Source: an uncultured Thiotrichales bacterium (GTDB lineage Bacteria > Pseudomonadota > Gammaproteobacteria > HK1). Taken from it: a stretch of DNA of 20,405 nt. Below are positions 1 to 8,285 of this stretch, one piece after another. Each line of letters starts with the position of its first letter. Positions within the stretch are counted from its first letter, which is position 1. Location of the stretch: NCBI GenBank assembly GCA_964593225.1, contig CAZQHJ010000026.1:1-20405 (forward strand), in the 5' to 3' direction. The notes under the pieces were generated by a model, which worked only from the letters and a program-made list of their open reading frames with translations, was not told the DNA's origin and made no database searches. Position numbers and translations under genes: made by a program.

Positions 1-104
1 GAAAAGCTGGCTTAATCCGACATCCTAATTTATCTCATGGACAGACCACTAGGGGCTGTTGATGTTTCACATAGGTAGCCAAAAAAAGCTACATGCTAAT
101 GCCA

Positions 105-394
105 GGTAGTGGCTCAGTTTGAAATTTCTATGTTTCCATGCCCCGAATGGGGCTATGTACATTAGCCCGGGTTTGCGCGAAGCGTTACCCTGGGGAAGAG
201 GGAACCCTACGACACAACCCCAACGGGGTTGTGTCGGAAGACGTTGATAACGTTAGTGATACACAACCCCCTTGGGGTTGTTCCCACCCTCCCGCCAACC
301 CGGGGTTGCGCGAAGCGCTACCCCGGGCTTGTTATACGTAGCCCCTATCGGGGCAAAAAAATGCCAATCGAGGATTTCAAACTGAGCCACTACC
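105..394. mobile_element. MITE-like non-coding structured element, ~290 bp, bounded by perfect 21-bp terminal inverted repeats GGTAGTGGCTCAGTTTGAAAT (105-125) and its inverse (374-394)
   Basis: Read directly from the sequence: perfect 21-bp inverted repeats. Internal hairpins GCCCCGAATGGGGC (139-152) and GCCCCTATCGGGGC (341-354). 10-bp-stem hairpins ACACAACCCCaacGGGGTTGTGT (211-235) and ACACAACCCCcttGGGGTTGT (259-279). Two ~30-bp direct repeats CCCGGGtTTGCGCGAAGCGtTACCC (~166-195) and CCCGGGgTTGCGCGAAGCGcTACCCC (~299-328). No credible ORF. No clean target-site duplication found. Confidence 0.5.
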
Positions 395-715
395 AAATTC
401 TCCGACCAATTGCCACTTGGGATCGTCGTTTTTCTGGTTGTATAGGGAAAACGGCTGGCACGGGGCGCATCCGGCGAGGACCCTGAGCGTATTCGGATAA
501 AACTCCCGCGTCACTTCCCGGCTGGAAATGGTGGCCACGTCCCACCGTATGAAAGGCGCGTCATTGTTGGTTTCGAACGGGTGACGGCACGCCTCGTCCA
601 CATCGATCCCGCATGCTACCGGGAAACCCTCGACCTTGAACCCATGGGTCAAGCCCCCGACGCCGCAAAACAGATCGATGACGGATGCCTGCATTCTCCC
701 AGTCCTGTTGTTCAA
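377..715 (-). pseudogene. DNA cytosine-5 methyltransferase (Dcm-like) N-terminal remnant, truncated after motif IV at the MITE-like element boundary
   Basis: 112-aa ORF carrying C5-MTase motif I (DLFCGVGG, F-x-G-x-G-G AdoMet site) and motif IV (GCAPCQPFS, catalytic PCQ). The reading frame ends in ...DPKWQLVGEF|GSGSV*, where GSGSV* is encoded by the terminal inverted repeat itself. Nothing C5-MTase-like (ENV motif, target-recognition domain) continues in any frame at 1-104. Confidence 0.6.
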
Positions 716-733
716 TCGGTTTTCGACTTCCGA

Positions 734-2248
734 CTAACCCCCACCGGTAGCCGGAGAAAAATCACCCAGCAGCATCTCCGCTGCCTGCCGGGCCACGCCC
801 GTGGTCAGCGACGCGTCCAGCCCGAAATAGAGGTTCGCCGCCACCAGGAACCAGATGGGGATCAACATGCCAAGGGGCGCCTCTTCCCGTTTATCCGCGA
901 CGGCGCCCGCGGCCCCGGCGGCCGCCGGTTGAAAATACGCCGCCTCCACCACCCGCCACACGTAGACCACCGCCAGCAGGGAGCCGACGATGATGACGGC
1001 CACCACCGGCCACAATCCCTGTTCCAGGGCGGCGGAGATGAGATACCACTTGCTGATGAAACCGACGCTCATGGGCACGCCGATGAGACTGAGCCCCCCC
1101 GCCACGAACGCGGCCATGGTCCAGGGCATCCGCCGGCCGAGGCCGGCAATCCCGTCCAGCGATACGCTGCCGAATCGGTAGAACACGCTGCCCAATGCCA
1201 TGAAAAGTGCCGTCTTGATGAGGGCGTGATTGAAGAGGTGGACGATGGTGGCCATAAGTCCCGTTATGGAGGTCAGGCTGATGCCAAGCACCATGTAACC
1301 GATCTGCGCCACGCTGGAATAGGCCAACATGCGTTTCAGGTTGGTTTGGAAGATGGCCACCAGGGCGCCGGAGAGCACCGCCACCACCGCCAGGACCAGC
1401 AATATCCCATCCAGGGCCAGAGTCTTGAAAGGAAAGCTGCCGCCGAACACGGTGAACAGGAAGCGCAGCAGGACATACACCCCGACCTTGGTGGCCGTGC
1501 CCGCCAACAGGGCCGACACGGCCGATGGCGCATAGGTGTAGGCATTGGGCAGCCAGGCGTGCAGGGGAAACAACGCCACCTTGAGACCGATACCCACGGT
1601 CAGGAAGGCGAACGCCACCGCCACCGTCCGGGTATTGGAGACCGCGGGCAGGCGCGCGGCCAGATCCATCATATTGAGCGTGCCGGTCATGGCGTACAAA
1701 AAGCCGATGCCGATCACGATGAAGGTGGCCCCGATGGTGCCCATCACCAGGTACCGATAGGCAGCCATCAGGGCGCGCCGATGGGACCCGAGGGCGATGA
1801 GCGCGTAGGTGGAAAGGGAGGAGATCTCCAGGAAGACGAACAGGTTGAAGACATCGCCGGTGATCGCGATGCCCAGGAGCCCCGTCAGGCACAGCACCCA
1901 GGCGGTGTAAAAGAGATAGATGCGATCGGGTTCGATCTCCCGCTCCACGCTTTTTCCGGCGAACACCACCACCACCGAGCTGATCCCCGCCACGATGAGC
2001 AGAAGAAAGGCATTGATGGTATCGACCCGGTATTCGATGCCCCAGGGCGCCGCCCAACCACCGAGGGCGTAGGAAAGGGGGCCCGTCTCGCGCACCGTGT
2101 GGAGCAATACCAGGGCGATGACAAACGCGGTCCAGCTCGCGGCGGTGGCAACCAGCCACGCGAGCTTGGGACGATGGACAAGGAGGCAGACGGGGGCCGC
2201 AATCAACGGGATGACGACCTGGAGCGCGGGGAGATGTTGTTCAATCAT
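734..2248 (-). CDS. mrpD: Proton-pumping antiporter-like membrane subunit, MrpD/MnhD (NuoN/NuoM/ND2 family), 504 aa
   Basis: Polytopic membrane protein whose composition and helix pattern are typical of the complex I antiporter-like family. Start ATG overlaps the stop of the upstream mrpC-like gene (ATGA), indicating translational coupling. The name MrpD versus NuoN rests on the adjacent MrpC-like gene. Confidence 0.8.
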   Translation of the reverse strand: MIEQHLPALQVVIPLIAAPVCLLVHRPKLAWLVATAASWTAFVIALVLLHTVRETGPLSYALGGWAAPWGIEYRVDTINAFLLLIVAGISSVVVVFAGKSVEREIEPDRIYLFYTAWVLCLTGLLGIAITGDVFNLFVFLEISSLSTYALIALGSHRRALMAAYRYLVMGTIGATFIVIGIGFLYAMTGTLNMMDLAARLPAVSNTRTVAVAFAFLTVGIGLKVALFPLHAWLPNAYTYAPSAVSALLAGTATKVGVYVLLRFLFTVFGGSFPFKTLALDGILLVLAVVAVLSGALVAIFQTNLKRMLAYSSVAQIGYMVLGISLTSITGLMATIVHLFNHALIKTALFMALGSVFYRFGSVSLDGIAGLGRRMPWTMAAFVAGGLSLIGVPMSVGFISKWYLISAALEQGLWPVVAVIIVGSLLAVVYVWRVVEAAYFQPAAAGAAGAVADKREEAPLGMLIPIWFLVAANLYFGLDASLTTGVARQAAEMLLGDFSPATGGG

Positions 2249-2634
2249 GATGGTTTCGAGTCGGGTTCTCGGGCTTCGAGCCTTTCTATCTTGTCTTCCT
2301 CCACCGACCCGTAGGCCGCTCGGATGCGGATCACCAGGGCAAGTCCCAAGGCCGTGGTCGCGACGCTGACCACGATGGCCGTGAGGATCAAAACGTGGGG
2401 CAAGGGGTTGGCGTAGTGGGGAATCCCTTCGGCAAGAATGGGCGCGGTGCCCCCTTCCAGCTTGGCCATGGAGATGTAGAAAATGAAGACGGATGTCTGG
2501 AAAACATTAAGACCAATGATCTTTTTCACAAGATGATGGCTTGCGATGGTCGCGTACAAACCGAGCATCATGAGCACGATCACGACCCAGTAGTTGAATA
2601 GACCGTTGAATAGGTCGAATGCGGTGGTAAGCAA
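2245..2634 (-). CDS. mrpC: Cation:proton antiporter subunit C (MrpC/MnhC, NuoK-like), 129 aa
   Basis: Three-TM small protein with the conserved GGTAPIL...DPLPQ/HVLILTAIV core recalled from MrpC/MnhC (NuoK paralogue). Coupled to the downstream MrpD-like gene. Confidence 0.75.
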   Translation of the reverse strand: MLTTAFDLFNGLFNYWVVIVLMMLGLYATIASHHLVKKIIGLNVFQTSVFIFYISMAKLEGGTAPILAEGIPHYANPLPHVLILTAIVVSVATTALGLALVIRIRAAYGSVEEDKIERLEAREPDSKPS

Positions 2635-2889
2635 ACTTCCGAACTCCGTTTAACTGTAACAGATAGAATAGGAATGATATCATGAGGCTATGTCGAACGA
2701 CACGGATTCTGACGCTCGAAAGTTGTTATGTAAAAGTCCGGGTTGTGCTCGAAAGCCAAGGCGCCATGGATGAAAGATTGGGGGCGAAAAAGCCGAGTTT
2801 ACACGGCGTCGATGAGCCTCTACCCGGATTCCCACGTAGCCGGTTAGGGCGCGGGACGGATTTTGCATAGGGCCCCGGATAGTAATACT

Positions 2890-4215
2890 ATGGCAACCAT
2901 CACCCGACCACTGCGCACCATTGCGCTGTTTCTACCGCTTCTCCTGTCCTTCCTACCCGCCCTTGGCGCGCCGCCCCTATCCCCGCCCCCCGTGACGGAA
3001 ATCGATCGCATCGTGGCCGTTGTCGGCGATGATGTGATTGTGGCAAGCGAGCTCGACAGCCGCATTCGCACGATCCTGACGGAAATGCGCCAGGGTAGCG
3101 CCAGTGTGCCCTCGGCCTCCCCGGCGCTTCGGAAACAGGTTTTGGAGCGTCTGATCCTCAATCTCTTGCAGGTCCAGGTGGCCAGGCGCGCGGGCATTCG
3201 GGTCGACGATGAACGGCTCAATCGGGCGATTGCCGGTATCGCCCGGAGAAACGGGCTGAAACTACGCCAATTTCGTGAAGTCCTGGAAAAAGACGGCTAC
3301 GATTTCGCCTCGTTCCGGAAAAGCATCCGGGATCAAATGATGATTACGGAGATACAAAAGCGTCGCGTGGCCAACCGTGTCCAGGTAACCGATCGGGAAA
3401 TCGATGATTACCTCTCGACAAAGGCCCGACAAGGCGAGACGGGGAATGCGTACCATCTGGCCCATATCCTCATCGCGGTAGAGGACAGCACCGACGCAAA
3501 CCAAGTCGCCGGCGCTCGTAAGAAGGTCGAAAGGGTCATTCGCGAGCTGCGCGCCGGCGCGGATTTCACCCGAATGGCCATGACACTCTCCGATGGCCGA
3601 CAGGCCTTGGAAGGGGGCGATCTGGGTTGGCGCAAGGAGAAACAGTTGCCCAGTCTGTTCGTCGACGTTGTCCCCAAGATGGGGGTGGGCCAGATCAGCG
3701 ACCCGTTATGGAATTCCAGTGGATTTCATATCCTCAAACTCGTTGACCTACGAGGGCGAAAACGTCACATAATTACCCAAACGAAGGCCAGGCATATCCT
3801 GGTGCGAACGAATGAAATCACTTCGAATACCGACGCAAAAACCCGGCTTGAACAAATCCGGGAGCGCGTCGTCCAGGGGGAGGACTTCGAGGAGCTGGCC
3901 AGATCCCACTCCGATGATCGCGGAACAGCCATCAAGGGGGGCGATCTCGGGTGGGTGGGCCCGGGGGATCTTGTCTCGCGATTCGAACAAGAAATGAACA
4001 AGCTCCGGCCCATGACGATCAGCACGCCGTTTCGTACCCAGTTCGGATGGCATATCGTGCAGGTGCTCGAACGTCGCAAACACGACGGGACCCGGGAGGT
4101 GCGCCGGGCCCAAGCCAGGAAGGAGATCCGGGAGCGCAGGATCAATGAAGATCTCGAGGCTTGGCTGCGTCAGCTGCGGGATGAAGCGTATGTGGAATAT
4201 CGATTGGAAGGGTGA
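2890..4215 (+). CDS. surA: Periplasmic chaperone / peptidyl-prolyl isomerase SurA (N-terminal chaperone domain plus two parvulin domains)
   Basis: Signal peptide MATITRPLRTIALFLPLLLSFLPALGAPP. SurA N-domain (IDRIVAVVGDDVI...ERLILNLLQ). Two parvulin PPIase domains (AHILI...GGDLGW... and ARHILV...GGDLGWV...). The track ORF starts at 2863; the ATG at 2890 gives a more typical signal peptide, so the start is uncertain by 27 nt. Confidence 0.85.
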   Translation: MATITRPLRTIALFLPLLLSFLPALGAPPLSPPPVTEIDRIVAVVGDDVIVASELDSRIRTILTEMRQGSASVPSASPALRKQVLERLILNLLQVQVARRAGIRVDDERLNRAIAGIARRNGLKLRQFREVLEKDGYDFASFRKSIRDQMMITEIQKRRVANRVQVTDREIDDYLSTKARQGETGNAYHLAHILIAVEDSTDANQVAGARKKVERVIRELRAGADFTRMAMTLSDGRQALEGGDLGWRKEKQLPSLFVDVVPKMGVGQISDPLWNSSGFHILKLVDLRGRKRHIITQTKARHILVRTNEITSNTDAKTRLEQIRERVVQGEDFEELARSHSDDRGTAIKGGDLGWVGPGDLVSRFEQEMNKLRPMTISTPFRTQFGWHIVQVLERRKHDGTREVRRAQARKEIRERRINEDLEAWLRQLRDEAYVEYRLEG

Positions 4216-4497
4216 TTTTGTTTTGCCGGGTGATAGGGCGGACTGAGAGGCTCCGATGCCCTCGGAAAGGGGACTATATACATAGCTAGCCAACATCGGG
4301 GATAACCGTTGATTGGGTTTCCGGAACGAAAGGCGCGCGCCATTGATATGACGAGGGGAATCCATGGCAGGCCAGGGGGAATCCCGGGCATGGCCCGCGC
4401 CTACAAGGGACGCCCTATCCGGTAGGAGCGGGCCATGCCCGCGATTGGGCCAGCCCATGGCGAGTCATGTATATAGTTCCCCTCGGAAATACATCCA

Positions 4498-5415
4498 ATG
4501 CACCGCGCCACCCTCTTTGTAGAACAAGCCGAAATCCTCTCCCGAGAAAGCTTCCAGGGCGATCGGATCATCCTGCGGATCGCCGCGCCGCGCATCGCGG
4601 CGGCAGCGCTGCCCGGCACATTCCTCCACGTGCGCTGCGACCCGGAACGCCCCATGCGAAGGCCGATCTCCCTCATGGCCGCCGAGCCGGCCAGTGGCAG
4701 GCTCACGATTCTGTTCAAGGTGGTCGGCAAGGGGACCGAACGCCTTGCCGCCAGGGCGGTGGGGGATGTGCTGGATATCATCGGGCCCATAGGCACCGGG
4801 TTCCGACCACTTGAGGACCGTCCCCGCGCGCTGCTCGTTGGCGGCGGCCTTGGAATCCCCCCCATGGTGTTCCTGGCCGGGTGGCTCGCCCAAGGAGGCC
4901 AAACCTCGAAAAGGGCAGGGGAGGGAGGAGGGGGGGCGTCCCCCGCCCAACCCGCCGCTTACCGACCACTCCTCTTGATGGGGTCCGAAATACCCTTTCC
5001 CTTCCATCCCTGTCCCTCCCGCCTTCCCGTTCCCGCGCCGGATGGCGTCACCGCCGCCATGCCCCTCATGGAAGCGCTGGGCATACCCAGCCGCCTCGCC
5101 AGCCGGCGGGGTTATCCCGGCAGCTTCAATGGATGGGTCACGGCGCTGGCGCGGACCTGGCTCATGGCGCAACCTCCCGGCGCATACCGGGACATCGCGT
5201 TATATGCCTGTGGCCCCGAACCCATGTTACGGGCCACCGCCCACCTTGCCCGGGAATACGACCTGCCGTGCCAGGTCTGTTTGGAGGAATTCATGGCCTG
5301 CGGGGTCGGCGCCTGCGCGGGGTGCGCCGTTCCGGTCACAACCCCGGCGGGCGTCGCCATGAAGCGGGTCTGCGTGGATGGGCCGGTGTTCGATGCCGGG
5401 GAGGTTTTCGGTTGA
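4498..5415 (+). CDS. PyrK-family FAD/NAD(P)-binding oxidoreductase with C-terminal [2Fe-2S] cluster (dihydroorotate dehydrogenase electron-transfer subunit-like), orphan
   Basis: RRPISL...(FAD binding), LLVGGGLGIPP (NAD binding), C-terminal C-x-C...CGVGACAGC...VCVDGPVF are all typical of PyrK and related sulfide-dehydrogenase/GltD partner subunits. No catalytic partner gene is adjacent. Confidence 0.65.
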   Translation: MHRATLFVEQAEILSRESFQGDRIILRIAAPRIAAAALPGTFLHVRCDPERPMRRPISLMAAEPASGRLTILFKVVGKGTERLAARAVGDVLDIIGPIGTGFRPLEDRPRALLVGGGLGIPPMVFLAGWLAQGGQTSKRAGEGGGGASPAQPAAYRPLLLMGSEIPFPFHPCPSRLPVPAPDGVTAAMPLMEALGIPSRLASRRGYPGSFNGWVTALARTWLMAQPPGAYRDIALYACGPEPMLRATAHLAREYDLPCQVCLEEFMACGVGACAGCAVPVTTPAGVAMKRVCVDGPVFDAGEVFG

Positions 5416-5835
5416 AAGTGCCTTATGCAAAGGCATTGCCGACTTTCACGCTCTGAATTACGGAAGGATACATTGCTATATCGTACCGACCTGGAGGAGG
5501 CCTATGGCGAAAAACCGAGCCTGGGCACCCATGGGGGGGCGGTGTTTGGGTTTGAGCGCCTGGTGTGGGCATGATTCCGCTGACTGAAATCACGTGGTCC
5601 CCCTTTGCCGGACGAAGCATGTTCGGAAGACACTCAGGTCGTGGTCGAGTTTCAATACGCTCTCGAACTTCGACCGCTTCTCACAACCAATAAGGACAAC
5701 CTCTTCTTAAATATATCCTAAAGATCTTTCCCTTCGGTGGGGATGACAGTTGTATTTCACTGTGAAATTAAGATGGAACGAGCCACTACGGCATTTCGGC
5801 AATCTCCTCGAAACCTGCCTCGCTTTTCGAAGCGC

Positions 5836-6230
5836 CCGGAAAACTTTCCAAGTGCCCCGGCATACTTTCCGTGGATCTCGGATGGTTTTCCCCGATCCCG
5901 GGAAAGCCTTCCCGAGTCACGGGCAACCTTTCCCGGACCCCTGGCAAGCTTTCCCGCCGTCCCGGAAAGCCTTCCCGGATCGCCGGAAAGTTTCCCCGGG
6001 ATCCGGTAAATCTTACGCAAGGTTCCGGCGGGTCTGCCGAGTATCCGGTTCGCTTTCCCCATGATCCCGGCAGACCCGCCGAAGGTCGAATCCGGCTTTC
6101 CCGAGTTCCCGGCAATTTTCCGAGGTTCCGGTCAATCCCGCCCGGTATCCCGGAAAAGCTTCCGGCCTACCGGTGAAAGCCCTCCGGCATCGGGCCAATC
6201 CCACCGAGGGTTCGGGAACGTTTTCCTCGT
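5836..6230. repeat. Array of ~18-20 degenerate tandem repeats of 20-22 bp, with 10-11-bp sub-period; consensus approx. TTTCCCGG-N3-5-CCGGAAAGC
   Basis: TTCC(C)GG / CCGGAA motifs recur at 5846, 5866, 5887, 5909, 5929, 5950, 5972, 5990, 6023, 6054..., spaced 20-22 bp apart, with half-sites about every 10.5 bp. All six reading frames stay open across it, so it is a stop-free repeat rather than a gene. Lies immediately upstream of the flotillin start at 6270. Confidence 0.6.
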
Positions 6231-6269
6231 CCTTGCCCCGCAGGGCCGAGATGGCCGAACAACTGGGAG

Positions 6270-7814
6270 ATGGAACAGATGTGGAGTGAAATAATTTCTT
6301 ACCTGATTTTCGCGCTGGCGATCGTGTTGGTGTCGTTCGTGGTGTTTATCATCAAGAACTATCGGGTTATCGGGGCCAATGAGGTCGGCATTATCTCCGG
6401 CATTTTCCGAAGACAACGAATCCCCGAGACCGGGAAGATTAGGAACTATACCCTCCTGACGGGTGGCGGCGTGCTTGTCTGGCCCGTGATCAACCAATTG
6501 AATATCCTGAGCCTGGCGCTGCGAGAGATAAAGATAGATTTGGATGTTAGAACCAAGGAATACCTCCCGCTGAAGTTGACTGTCGTATTGGTATTTCACA
6601 TCGATGGCCATGGCGATCGATTGCATGTTGCCGTGAGCCTTTTTACACAAAGAACCGACCCGGACGACCAATTCGTCGAGGATTTACTGATGGGCAGTCT
6701 TCGAGACGTCATCGCGGGCATGTCCTACCATGAGCTACACAGGGAACGGGGTCGCCTCGAGGAGGAAACCCAGGGGTTCGTTCAAGGGAGATTCGACGAG
6801 TTGGGGCTGAAGGTCACCAGCCTCGTTATCCAAAATTTGACGCCAAAGGAGATTCCCCAAGACAAAGACGATTTTTGGGCCGTCAAGGCAAGAGAGGCCA
6901 TGGCGGAGATCATGCGGGAGACGGACAGTAATATTGCGCAGCAGGATAGCCTGAAAGAATCGGCGCTTGCGAAGGCTGACGCGGAAAAAGCAATCAATGT
7001 TTTCAACTCACGGAGAGATGAGTTTATCGCCGCGGCAGAGACCAGGAAAGAACAAGAGATCTCCCAACGCAATCTCGACCGGGATGTTTTCATTAATGGA
7101 CAAAAAGCGCAGGAATCGGAGGAGTCTCAAAAGAAGGAAACGGAAAGAAACATCGGGATAGTAGAGCAAGAGACGCGGAAAGCGATGGAAATTGCCAAGC
7201 GTGAAGCAGCGCGAGATATCAGAATCAAGGATGAGGAGGCGTTGCGGGACGAAGTTTGCAAAGAACAAGAACGCATCGAGGAAACCAAACTCAAAAAAGA
7301 GTCGACGCGAGCCGAGTCCGAAGTTGCCAAGGTTCGGGCAGACAAGCAAATCAAGTTGGAGACGGAAGACGCAAGAAAGCTGGAAAGCCTCCGGGAAAAC
7401 GAGATCACACGGGAAATCGATACCAACAGGGCGGCGATCCAGCAGGATATCGGCGTGGCGCGAAGGGATGCCGAACGCCAAATCAAGGTGGCGAGCATCA
7501 ATGCCGCGCGGGACGAGCGGCTACGCGAGCAGGAGACGGAAAGGGAGATCGTGGAGAACAAGAAGGAACTCTTGAAAACCCGAGACGAGATGAAGGCCAT
7601 CGAATTCGATACCAATGTCAGATCCCACCGGGCCGAGCTCGTGCCGCCCGTACTGGCGGAGAAGGAACAACAGGAAACCCAGGCGAACATCAAAAAGGCC
7701 GTGTTGGTCATCGAATCGTTGGCGCGCCTCTCCGCCGCCGAAAACGATCGCAACGCCAAGGCCTTCGAGGCCGAAGGCAACCTCCGTCTGGTCCAGGCGG
7801 AAGCGGAGGGGTAA
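6270..7814 (+). CDS. Flotillin (FloT/YuaG-like SPFH/band-7 protein): N-terminal TM anchor, SPFH domain, long E/A/K-rich coiled coil. Terminated by an in-frame TAA at 7812-7814
   Basis: Architecture and local motifs match bacterial flotillin: TM, then KNYRVIGANEVGIISG, TGGGVLVWPV, LRDVIAGMSYHELHRER, then long EA-rich heptads. RBS GGGAGA precedes the ATG. The conserved flotillin C-terminus continues in the same frame after the TAA. Confidence 0.8.
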   Translation: MEQMWSEIISYLIFALAIVLVSFVVFIIKNYRVIGANEVGIISGIFRRQRIPETGKIRNYTLLTGGGVLVWPVINQLNILSLALREIKIDLDVRTKEYLPLKLTVVLVFHIDGHGDRLHVAVSLFTQRTDPDDQFVEDLLMGSLRDVIAGMSYHELHRERGRLEEETQGFVQGRFDELGLKVTSLVIQNLTPKEIPQDKDDFWAVKAREAMAEIMRETDSNIAQQDSLKESALAKADAEKAINVFNSRRDEFIAAAETRKEQEISQRNLDRDVFINGQKAQESEESQKKETERNIGIVEQETRKAMEIAKREAARDIRIKDEEALRDEVCKEQERIEETKLKKESTRAESEVAKVRADKQIKLETEDARKLESLRENEITREIDTNRAAIQQDIGVARRDAERQIKVASINAARDERLREQETEREIVENKKELLKTRDEMKAIEFDTNVRSHRAELVPPVLAEKEQQETQANIKKAVLVIESLARLSAAENDRNAKAFEAEGNLRLVQAEAEG

Positions 7815-8276
7815 AAGGCAAAACTCATTGCCGACGCCGATGGCCTCAAGGCGCAACTCTTTGCCCAGGTCGATAGCCGAACGGCCCTGGCCGATGCCTT
7901 GAAGGAGGTGGATGACGCGACCAAGTTTTTCCTCTTCTTCAATGAGACCCTGGAACAGTTCCCCGAGATCCTCCGCGCCCTGGTGGGCGAACCCGGGCTG
8001 GCGGGCGTATTCGGGGAGATCGCAAAACCTCTCGGACAAATCGACAGCATCCGAATCGTCGATTTTGCCGGACAGAATGGCGCCGCTTCCCGCCTCTCCG
8101 AACTGGCGGAGGTCAGCCCTCGGATCGTCTTGAACTTCCTCTCCAAATTCCAGGCGGCCGGTTTCGGCGATATCATCAAAAAGCTTGGGATCTCCAACGA
8201 ATGGCTCGAAGAATTTGTGGAAAAAAAGGTCGGCGCGCCGGGCGATACGTCGAACGGCCCGACAACGGATCGATAG
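7815..8276 (+). CDS. C-terminal portion of the same flotillin, in frame downstream of the TAA (track ORF 7899-8276 is its internal-Met version)
   Basis: Same frame as 6270-7814. Sequence KAKLIADADGLKAQLFAQ...LPE...PLGQIDSIRIVDFAGQNGA matches my recollection of the flotillin C-terminal block (…AAIFDMIVKMLPE…PLSNIDKITVVDTGG…). Confidence 0.6.
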   Translation, partial: KAKLIADADGLKAQLFAQVDSRTALADALKEVDDATKFFLFFNETLEQFPEILRALVGEPGLAGVFGEIAKPLGQIDSIRIVDFAGQNGAASRLSELAEVSPRIVLNFLSKFQAAGFGDIIKKLGISNEWLEEFVEKKVGAPGDTSNGPTTDR

Positions 8277-8285
8277 CGCATCGTC

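Noticed and set aside
447-462. TGGCAC-N5-GCAT resembling a sigma-54 -24/-12 element
   Set aside because: The -12 element does not match TTGC(A/T), and the site lies inside the methyltransferase remnant with no downstream gene in that orientation.
138-486. ORFs 138-341 and 229-486 inside the MITE-like element
   Set aside because: Lie entirely within nested hairpins and direct repeats. No RBS, and the translations are meaningless.
581-2314. 577-aa + strand ORF (and the 422-aa minus-strand ORF at 891-2159) overlapping mrpD
   Set aside because: Antisense or alternate-frame artefacts of a GC-rich membrane-protein gene. The translations are low-complexity (H/G/R/D/Q-rich) with no recognisable domain. 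The minus-strand 504-aa frame carries the coherent NuoN/MrpD-like TM pattern.
2713-2760. Direct repeat GCTCGAAAG x2 (32 bp apart) in the divergent mrpC/surA promoter region
   Set aside because: Only two short copies, compatible with chance. Possibly an operator, but evidence is insufficient to call a feature.
3748-5172. Minus-strand ORFs 3748-4458, 4401-4865, 4465-5172 and + ORFs 4881-5456 and 5042-5362
   Set aside because: Overlap surA or the PyrK-like gene out of frame or antisense. GC-rich frames without domain signatures.
5737-6204. Six overlapping ~60-110-aa ORFs in all frames across the repeat array (e.g. 5737-6009, 5750-6064, 5786-6115, 5871-6176)
   Set aside because: All six frames open simultaneously is the signature of a stop-codon-free DNA repeat (TTCCCGG / CCGGAAA), not of coding sequence. 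The repeat is defined at DNA level with variable spacing that shifts frame.
5836-6230. Possibility that the repeat array is a CRISPR array
   Set aside because: Units are ~21 bp, contiguous and degenerate, with no unique spacers of 30-40 bp between conserved repeats, and no cas genes nearby.
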